Below are positions 52,669 to 59,373 of a stretch of 59,491 nt of DNA, piece after piece. The DNA is from an uncultured Gammaproteobacteria bacterium (lineage in GTDB: Bacteria; Patescibacteriota; Microgenomatia; Levybacterales; GWA1-39-11): assembly GCA_964627245.1 (NCBI GenBank), contig CAZVGS010000007.1, positions 1 through 59,491 of the forward strand, in the 5' to 3' direction. The position numbers and the translations under genes were made by a program. Each line of letters starts with the position of its first letter. Position 1 is the first letter of the stretch. Under the pieces are notes generated by a model that worked only from the letters and a program-made list of their open reading frames with translations, did not search any database and had not been told where the DNA came from.

Positions 52669-54627
52669 ATGGAAGATAAAGGATTTCAAAAAATTGATCT
52701 CACGAAAAAACAGGATACTGTTGAGTCGGTGCCAATGGAAGATCGCCTTATGAAAAGAAAAAGTAAATTTAAATTTCGGACAAAAAACAAGAAGCTTCTT
52801 ACCTGGCTGTTTGGTGCAGCAGCGGTAATTCTAGTTCTTGGTATTTTTTCAGGAATAAAAGCATTTGGTGTTTATAAGCAGGCGACTAAAGTAAAAGCAC
52901 AGGCAAGTGTTGCTTTTGCAAAATTGAAAGAACAAGATATAGAATCCGCCAGGAAAGAATTGGCATTAACTCAAACCGAAGTGGAAGGCTTAAAGAAGGA
53001 ATTAAATGGTGTCGCTTTTCTAAAATTTATTCCTCTTGTCTCATGGTATTACAACGATGTGACTCATGCAGTTGAAGCTTCATCTCATGGGATAAATGCA
53101 GGAATAATCGGGGCAGATGCACTGATTCCATATGTTGATGTGTTAGGACTTAAAGGAAAAGGGACATTTACAGGTGGGACAGCGCAAGACAGGATAAGAA
53201 CTGCGGTTCAGACAATGGGTAAGGTGGTTCCTAAGATTGACGAAATAGAAAAAGAATTGGTTGCTGCACAAAAAGAGATTGATCAGATAGATCCCGGTCA
53301 TTACCCGCCGATAGGAGATATAAAAAAGGTTAAAGAAGGACTCCAGCAGATAAAGGATGTAGCCGACGGAGCGGTTGTGGCTGTTGAACAAGGTAAACCT
53401 TTGATAAAAGCCCTTCCCTCGCTTCTTGGAGAAAAGGAGGGCAAAAAATATCTTTTGCTCTTCCAAAACGACGCAGAACTCCGGCCGACAGGAGGATTTC
53501 TTACCTATTATGCAATATTTAGAGTAGAGGAAGGGGACATAAAAGTTGATAGTTCAAACGACATATACTCGCTTGACAACAGTATTTCACCCCACCCTCC
53601 CGCTCCGGATATTATCAAGAAGTATTTTCCAAGCGTCAAAAGTGCATTTATAAGGGACAGTAATTTGTCACCGGACTTTGTTAAATCGATGGAAGATTTT
53701 AACAAGCTTTATGAAGAATCATCCGCTCCAAAGGATGTCGATGGAATTATTGCAATTGACACACACTTTTTCGTTAATATAATACGGATTTTGGGCGAAG
53801 TTGAGGCTTCAGGTCTCAAATTTACGGCAGATAACGAGCCCAAGTGCGATTGTCCTCAGGTTGTTTATTCACTTGAGAATGAAATCTCAAGGCCTGTTAA
53901 CTATGTTAAGACAGACCGAAAAGGACTTTTGGGGGATCTTATGTTTGCCACTCTTGATAAGGCACTTAAGTCTTCACCGAAATTGTACTGGGGACAGCTT
54001 TTCCAGCAATTTATAGTTGATGCAAATGAGAAAAATATTATGTTTTATCTATATGATAAAGAAGCCCAAAAAGGTATAGAAGCATTGAATTGGGCGGGGA
54101 GGGTCCAAACCTTTGAAGGAGATTATTTATACGTTAACGATGCTAATTTCGGAGGTCAAAAGTCAAATCTTTTTGTGGATAAGACCATGACGGTTGATTA
54201 CAACACAAATAATGGTGAAATCAAGAAGAAAGTAACGATAGAATATAAGAACCCCGAACCTCATTCGGACTGCAATTTGGAACGGGGGGGGCTTTGTCTT
54301 AACGCAACTTTAAGGAATTATCAGCGTCTTTTGGTTCCAGAAGGAAGTGTTTTGGAAAAATCTAAAGGGTCACAGGTAAAAGTCGGAACAAGCAAGGATC
54401 TTGGCAAGACTGTTTTTGACTCGTTTTTTACGGTTAACCCTCAAGGAAAAGCATCAATAGAATATGAATACACTTTACCTTTTAAAGTTGAAGACGGAAC
54501 TCTGCCTGTTATGATTCAAAAACAGCCGGGAGTGGAGGTAATACCGACTAAAATTAATGTTAACGGTAAAAAGGTGCAGGAATTTGATCTAAGATCGGAT
54601 ACAAAGCTTGATCTTTCCGGTTTTTAA
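52669..54627 (+). CDS. DUF4012-like membrane-anchored extracytoplasmic protein
   Basis: 652 aa. Basic N-terminus, a single TM (LLTWLFGAAAVILVLGIFSGI) and a coiled-coil-like stretch. Motif LLLFQNDAELRPTGGFLTYYAIFRV is characteristic of DUF4012. Confidence 0.65.
   Translation: MEDKGFQKIDLTKKQDTVESVPMEDRLMKRKSKFKFRTKNKKLLTWLFGAAAVILVLGIFSGIKAFGVYKQATKVKAQASVAFAKLKEQDIESARKELALTQTEVEGLKKELNGVAFLKFIPLVSWYYNDVTHAVEASSHGINAGIIGADALIPYVDVLGLKGKGTFTGGTAQDRIRTAVQTMGKVVPKIDEIEKELVAAQKEIDQIDPGHYPPIGDIKKVKEGLQQIKDVADGAVVAVEQGKPLIKALPSLLGEKEGKKYLLLFQNDAELRPTGGFLTYYAIFRVEEGDIKVDSSNDIYSLDNSISPHPPAPDIIKKYFPSVKSAFIRDSNLSPDFVKSMEDFNKLYEESSAPKDVDGIIAIDTHFFVNIIRILGEVEASGLKFTADNEPKCDCPQVVYSLENEISRPVNYVKTDRKGLLGDLMFATLDKALKSSPKLYWGQLFQQFIVDANEKNIMFYLYDKEAQKGIEALNWAGRVQTFEGDYLYVNDANFGGQKSNLFVDKTMTVDYNTNNGEIKKKVTIEYKNPEPHSDCNLERGGLCLNATLRNYQRLLVPEGSVLEKSKGSQVKVGTSKDLGKTVFDSFFTVNPQGKASIEYEYTLPFKVEDGTLPVMIQKQPGVEVIPTKINVNGKKVQEFDLRSDTKLDLSGF
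54284..54291 (+). repeat. G8 homopolymer inside the DUF4012 CDS
   Basis: cgg-ggg-ggg-ctt read directly (ERGGLC). Confidence 0.95.
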
Positions 54628-54630
54628 TTT

Positions 54631-55164
54631 ATGACCTATCTTTCCGATTATGGTTTTGTGCTAAGAAGGATCAATCTTGGGGAAGCAGATAGATTTGTCA
54701 CCCTCTACACAAAAGATAATGGCAAAGTGGAGGTTTTAGCAAAAGGAGTAAGAAAAATTAACAGCCGCAGATCATCACACATAGAACCTCTAAATCTTAT
54801 CCGGTTTCATTCTGTCAGAACATCCAAAAATTTTATTCTTACAGAAGTAGAGCTTTTGAATTCTTATCAAGAGCGGAAAAAGGATCTTAAGCAATGTGAG
54901 ATTGCTTTTTTTGTATGTGAAATTATCGATAACCTATGTCCTCATGGACAAGTCAACAAGGAGCTTTTCTTTACTGTTTCAGATTTTTTGAAAAGCGGAG
55001 AGCACAACGATGAATCTCTTTTGAAATTTGAGACGGAAATTCTTACACTTTTGGGTTATTGGAATACAGAGCGTAAATTTAAGACCGAAGAAGAGTCGCG
55101 CCTTTTTATTGAAAGTCTTATTGAAAGAAAAATTAAATCAAGAGTTATCGGAAATTTCTCCTGA
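54631..55164 (+). CDS. recO: DNA repair protein RecO (short form, 177 aa)
   Basis: N-terminal OB-fold signature YGFVLRRINLGEADRFVTLYTKDNGKVEVLAKGVRKINSRRS. No CxxC zinc motif. Confidence 0.75.
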   Translation: MTYLSDYGFVLRRINLGEADRFVTLYTKDNGKVEVLAKGVRKINSRRSSHIEPLNLIRFHSVRTSKNFILTEVELLNSYQERKKDLKQCEIAFFVCEIIDNLCPHGQVNKELFFTVSDFLKSGEHNDESLLKFETEILTLLGYWNTERKFKTEEESRLFIESLIERKIKSRVIGNFS

Positions 55165-55188
55165 TCTCGTGTTTAATGGCAGATTCTA

Positions 55189-55197
55189 TGTTATACT
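55189..55197 (+). promoter_or_regulatory. Extended -10 box TGtTATACT, 8 nt upstream of the glyQS ATG
   Basis: Read directly in the 41-nt recO-glyQS gap. No SD motif. Confidence 0.4.
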
Positions 55198-55205
55198 AGC
55201 CTCAA

Positions 55206-56588
55206 ATGGAAAATACTTCTCTTTCAAAAATTGTAGCACTTGCCAAGCGCCGGGGATTTATATATCCAGGGTCGGAAATATACGGAGGTGTTGCAAATAC
55301 TTACGATTATGGTCCTGTTGGGACAGAGCTTCTTCGAAACATAAGAAATATTTGGTGGGAGTATTTCGTGCACAGGAAAAAAGATATTGTAGGTCTTGAA
55401 GGCTCACTTATCTCACACCAGGAGATCTGGAAGGCTTCAGGCCATACTTCAGGTTTTTCAGATGCGATGATTGATTGCAGGAACTGCAAGCTTAGAAAAA
55501 GAGCAGACCATTTAATAGAAGAAAGTTTGAGTGGTGAGAAAGAGGTAAAGGTTGAGGGTTTGTCCGATAGTCAGCTTGACGAAATTATTGAGGACAACAA
55601 AATTACTTGCCCTAACTGTGGAAAAGCCGACTGGACCAAGGTTAGAAAATTTAATCTTTTATTTCCTGTAAATCTTGGGATTGTGGAGGGCGACCAGAGC
55701 CTTGCTTATCTGCGCGGAGAGACTGCTCAGGGTATGTTTGTGAATTTCAAGAATGTTATTGAAAGCAACCGGGTCAAGCTGCCATTCGGAATTGCACAGC
55801 TTGGAAAGAGCTTCAGAAATGAAATAACCCCAGGAAACTCGGTTTTTAGAACTCTCGAATTTGAACAGGGTGAAATTGAATATTTCTTTGATCCAGATGA
55901 GTCCAATTGGGAAGAGCTCTTTGAAGCCTGGAGAAAAGACATGTGGGAATTTATTACTAAAAAGATCGGAATAAAAGAGGATAATCTAAGGTGGAGAGAG
56001 CATTCGGATGAAGAGAGGTCCTTTTATAGTAAGAGAACTGAGGATCTGGAATATAAATTTCCATTTGGATTCAAGGAATTATGGGGTCTTGCATACAGGA
56101 CAGACTACGATCTATCACAGCACGAAAAAGGGTCGGGTAAGGAGCTGAAGGTTGTTGACAGCCAGACAGGCAAAAAAGTTCTCCCTCACGTGATAGAGCC
56201 TGCTGTTGGGATAAATAGAATATTTCTCATGATTCTTTCCGATGCTTATTGTGAGGAAGAGAACAGAATAGTTCTTAAGATTGAACCAAAATTGGCACCT
56301 TTTAAGGCTGCAGTTTTTCCGCTTCTTGCCAATAAGCCTGAGTTAACATCAAAAGCCGAGGAAATTTACAATGATTTGTCCCAGATTTTTTACGTCAATT
56401 ATGACGCAAGAGGAAATATTGGAAAAAGGTATTTAGCTCAAGATGAAATCGGAACACCTTATTGTGTAACAGTTGATTTTCAAAGTCTTGAGGATGGCAC
56501 TGTTACGATACGTGACAGGGACTCTATGGAGCAAGTTAGAGTACCTGCTTCTAACTTGCGAAATTATATTTCTCAAAAAATAATTTAG
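55206..56588 (+). CDS. glyQS: Glycine--tRNA ligase, homodimeric class II type
   Basis: 460 aa. N-terminus IVALAKRRGFIYPGSEIYGGVANTYDYGPVGTELLRNI plus class II core and anticodon-binding patterns. Confidence 0.95.
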   Translation: MENTSLSKIVALAKRRGFIYPGSEIYGGVANTYDYGPVGTELLRNIRNIWWEYFVHRKKDIVGLEGSLISHQEIWKASGHTSGFSDAMIDCRNCKLRKRADHLIEESLSGEKEVKVEGLSDSQLDEIIEDNKITCPNCGKADWTKVRKFNLLFPVNLGIVEGDQSLAYLRGETAQGMFVNFKNVIESNRVKLPFGIAQLGKSFRNEITPGNSVFRTLEFEQGEIEYFFDPDESNWEELFEAWRKDMWEFITKKIGIKEDNLRWREHSDEERSFYSKRTEDLEYKFPFGFKELWGLAYRTDYDLSQHEKGSGKELKVVDSQTGKKVLPHVIEPAVGINRIFLMILSDAYCEEENRIVLKIEPKLAPFKAAVFPLLANKPELTSKAEEIYNDLSQIFYVNYDARGNIGKRYLAQDEIGTPYCVTVDFQSLEDGTVTIRDRDSMEQVRVPASNLRNYISQKII

Positions 56589-56602
56589 TAAATAGACTCT
56601 GT

Positions 56603-56631
56603 TTGCAAATAACCCCCCCATTTCATATAGT
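56603..56631 (+). promoter_or_regulatory. Sigma70-like promoter TTGCAA-17 nt-TATAGT, 6 nt upstream of ATG 56638; the spacer contains a C7 tract
   Basis: Hexamers at 56603-08 and 56626-31. Spacer is ataaCCCCCCCatttca (17 nt). No SD motif. Confidence 0.5.
56613..56619 (+). repeat. C7 homopolymer within the promoter spacer
   Basis: Read directly. Confidence 0.95.
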
Positions 56632-56637
56632 AAAAGT

Positions 56638-57243
56638 ATGAACCAAAGGAATGTAATTTTACTCATTGGAGCAATGCTTCTTCTAATAATTCTAAGTATA
56701 TTTTTTCTTTTCAGGCAAAACTTAATAGGTAGTATCAATACTCAGCAGGGAAGAGAAGATCAAAAAAAAGAAGCAACAAATACGACTTCTTATTCTACCC
56801 CCACGGGTCCACTTCTAAAAACAGGATCTTTGATAAAAGAATATGACATGAAACTCTTAAATGAACAGGTAGTTATTGCAAAACTTAAAGAATTGAATAT
56901 CTTCGGAAGAGAATACCTATATACAGATACTCAGACAACAGGATCAAAACCCCTAGATGCTATATTTATATTACTGACAAATGACCCCCGAAATTATGAG
57001 AAATTCTATAGCAATAATTCATATGTAGTGTTATTCAATGGAATAGTACAGATATATTTTAACTTAGACGATAACGCTCTTTCAGACCCCAGCATAAAAG
57101 ACACCATTCTTGAAGAATCAATAGGTGTTCTTTATACACTCAGATATCCTGATGTTGAAAAAGGGAAAGCAAAAGATTTTGTACAACAAGTAGTTAAAGA
57201 GCTTAAAGATGATGATGCAAGCATGGTAATTACAAAAAAATAA
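56638..57243 (+). CDS. Hypothetical N-terminally membrane-anchored protein
   Basis: 201 aa. Signal-anchor VILLIGAMLLLIILSIFFLF, a Thr/Ser-rich stretch, then a globular domain. Paralogue of the gene at 57245 (KLKELNIFGREYLY vs LLEEWNIYGKYFYD). Confidence 0.6.
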   Translation: MNQRNVILLIGAMLLLIILSIFFLFRQNLIGSINTQQGREDQKKEATNTTSYSTPTGPLLKTGSLIKEYDMKLLNEQVVIAKLKELNIFGREYLYTDTQTTGSKPLDAIFILLTNDPRNYEKFYSNNSYVVLFNGIVQIYFNLDDNALSDPSIKDTILEESIGVLYTLRYPDVEKGKAKDFVQQVVKELKDDDASMVITKK

Positions 57244-57244
57244 T

Positions 57245-57988
57245 ATGAATAACATCAGTGAAAAAGGATTTTCATATGAATCACCTGAAAAGCAAAAAAA
57301 GAGCGCAGCCAAATTCTTCATATTGGAATTGATTATTCTTGGTATTGCCATAATTTCCATCATTGGATTTTTGCAGTATTCTGGGATTATTAACATAATG
57401 GATTTTGTAAATCAAAATAAAAATAATGTAACTACCCAAATTCCGGAGAAGGTAAAGCCCAATAAGCCAAAAGGTGAAAATCCAGCTGGCATCATCAACC
57501 GGAAAACTGCAACTCTTACTATCAAGCCTGCCATTAGCGCTATCTCAGATGTCCCAAATTATCAAACTATCTTAAATAACGAAGAAAAGCTGATCAGTCT
57601 TCTTGAAGAATGGAATATTTATGGCAAATATTTTTATGATTCCAATCTTGAATACAACGATGCAGAGCCGCTTTCTACTATTAAAGTGCATTTTAGTCCA
57701 ATTAAGCAGCCGAATGTGCTTTTATCTGATACTCAGGGCAATTCCTACCTCACATATAGCGCAAATACATCAAAAAATGTTATGGATTATTACATAAATA
57801 TTTCGGAAGATACACTTAATAATAAAAGTGCTGATCTTGAAGGTTTGGTAACTTATGCTTTTTTAGTCCCGCTTTATAAATCAGCCCATGATGTGCCGGT
57901 TCATGAGCTGGAACAAAGAGATGAAAAAATAAAAGAGATGATTGCCGAACAACTTAAATATGAATATTTTAAAATACAGCCAGAATAA
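57245..57988 (+). CDS. Hypothetical membrane-anchored protein (paralogue of the gene at 56638)
   Basis: 247 aa. ~20-aa cytoplasmic N-terminus, TM FFILELIILGIAIISIIGFL, a Pro/Lys-rich linker, then a homologous globular domain. Confidence 0.6.
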   Translation: MNNISEKGFSYESPEKQKKSAAKFFILELIILGIAIISIIGFLQYSGIINIMDFVNQNKNNVTTQIPEKVKPNKPKGENPAGIINRKTATLTIKPAISAISDVPNYQTILNNEEKLISLLEEWNIYGKYFYDSNLEYNDAEPLSTIKVHFSPIKQPNVLLSDTQGNSYLTYSANTSKNVMDYYINISEDTLNNKSADLEGLVTYAFLVPLYKSAHDVPVHELEQRDEKIKEMIAEQLKYEYFKIQPE

Positions 57989-57997
57989 AGCTTAGTA

Positions 57998-58026
57998 TTG
58001 AAATACTATAGGGGAAGTACTATAAT
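57998..58026 (+). promoter_or_regulatory. Near-consensus sigma70 promoter TTGAAA-17 nt-TATAAT abutting ATG 58027
   Basis: Hexamers at 57998-58003 and 58021-58026, read directly. A 7+7 palindrome at 57993-58008 overlaps the -35. Confidence 0.5.
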
Positions 58027-59316
58027 ATGGCGGATATGACACAGCCAGAAAGACCGGAAAGGGCAGATATACCGGAGAGCAATAGTTCTACTTCTTATGA
58101 AGCAGTAGAACCAGTTGACTTGGGACAAAGAAGAAGGCGAAGAGATTTTGTTCCCGAAAAACCCAGCTCAGTATCTCCCAATGTTTTAACCCCAGCAGAT
58201 AGAAGTTCTGCAAGAACAATTCAAGAACAAATAGATGCGATTGCAGCAAGACAGCCATATGAAGAAGTAGAAGAGGATAAAAGCTCTGAATTTCTAGGTG
58301 AACCCACCATACCTGAAGAGAAAAAAGGTTTTCCAATAAAAAGAACTATTGCAGGAGGCTTGGGAACAATAGCATTAACAGCCGCAGGCTTTCTGGGACT
58401 TAATAAAATTAATTCAGAAGATAATGGAAGTGAAAGACCTGGAGTTATCATAACAGACCCCACTCTAGAACCTGCAACTCAACCTCCAACACTTACCCTA
58501 GAACCTACATCAACACCAGAGCCAGTCCGTGAATATCCTGAATTCATGCCTGATGCAAAAAGGAATATATATGGAGACACTTCTCTTGCAACAGACAGTG
58601 AATATCCAAAGAGAAAAGAATGCCCCGATCCCCAAGTCCTCTTCAAAACTAAAACCTGTTCTTCGATGAGTGAGCTGTATCTTAGAGAAGAGAGTTTTGA
58701 GGTTAATGATGCAAATGGTCAAAAAGAAGAAAAAACAGCACTCGAACTTTTAAATGAAGGTAATGAAAAAGTTATGGCAATTGCATGGATGCGGCTTTCT
58801 AAAGGTTTATCGGTTGAGGAAATAGCAAATAATTATGATGAGCTTTTTGCTGAATATCAAAATTTGAAATCAGAAGGATCAGATGTGTCATTTAATATTT
58901 ATGGATTTGATGAACAAAATGATTACTTCAACCCTTCTGTCATAACCATAGACCCGTCATATAAAATAGAATACCTCTATGTGCCACTCCCCATTACACA
59001 AACCAATATTGAGCTTCAATCTTCTTCTAAGGTTGGGTTCGTTGCAAATACGGTAAATAAAAAACTATATGTTGTTATTTATGACTTCTCTGCGGGTGGA
59101 ATAGGAGATGATAGTGTTAATCAAGCTGTACCTTCAGAGTATCGATCCTCATCTGCTATTTCATGGGCTGGCGTTTTACTCTCAGATAAAGATGCACAAA
59201 CAAACCAGAAAGTATCAAATCACAGCACTCTAACACCTATTAGGTTGGAACTCCAAAAATCTTTTATTCCATTTAAGACTGACACTTTATGGAAAGGTAT
59301 AGTTATAGCTAGGTAA
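58027..59316 (+). CDS. Hypothetical single-pass membrane protein with a Pro/Thr-rich juxtamembrane linker
   Basis: 429 aa; start may be ATG 58036. Acidic/basic disordered N-terminus, TM IAGGLGTIALTAAGFLGL, linker TDPTLEPATQPPTLTLEPTSTPEP, then a ~250-aa C-terminal domain. Confidence 0.6.
   Translation: MADMTQPERPERADIPESNSSTSYEAVEPVDLGQRRRRRDFVPEKPSSVSPNVLTPADRSSARTIQEQIDAIAARQPYEEVEEDKSSEFLGEPTIPEEKKGFPIKRTIAGGLGTIALTAAGFLGLNKINSEDNGSERPGVIITDPTLEPATQPPTLTLEPTSTPEPVREYPEFMPDAKRNIYGDTSLATDSEYPKRKECPDPQVLFKTKTCSSMSELYLREESFEVNDANGQKEEKTALELLNEGNEKVMAIAWMRLSKGLSVEEIANNYDELFAEYQNLKSEGSDVSFNIYGFDEQNDYFNPSVITIDPSYKIEYLYVPLPITQTNIELQSSSKVGFVANTVNKKLYVVIYDFSAGGIGDDSVNQAVPSEYRSSSAISWAGVLLSDKDAQTNQKVSNHSTLTPIRLELQKSFIPFKTDTLWKGIVIAR
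58273..58327 (+). repeat. 55-nt block, copy 1 of an exact direct repeat
   Basis: gaggataaaagctctgaatttctaggtgaacccaccatacctgaagagaaaaaag is identical to 59437-59491. Confidence 0.95.
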
Positions 59317-59373
59317 ATTTAATTGACAATTCCTTCTACAAGCCCTGGGTATAAATAGCATAGTACAGTAGAT

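Noticed and set aside
55165-55205. Possible T-box leader or other riboswitch upstream of glyQS
   Set aside because: The gap is only 41 nt, far too short for a T-box (~200 nt or more). It contains only a -10-like box.
55028-55399. 123-aa + strand ORF bridging the recO 3' end and the glyQS 5' end
   Set aside because: It overlaps two confidently identified genes in alternative frames, and its sequence has no recognisable features.
58483-58530. Short tandem-like repeat ctagaacct...ctagaacct in the Pro/Thr linker of the gene at 58027
   Set aside because: There are only two imperfect copies (TLEPAT / TLEPTS). This is better explained as a low-complexity linker than as a variable-number repeat.
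117-59316. Alternative genetic code (TGA read as an amino acid, as in some candidate phyla)
   Set aside because: TGA ends at least 14 full-length, family-typical proteins at ATGA or GTGA junctions where the next gene begins, so TGA is a stop codon here.
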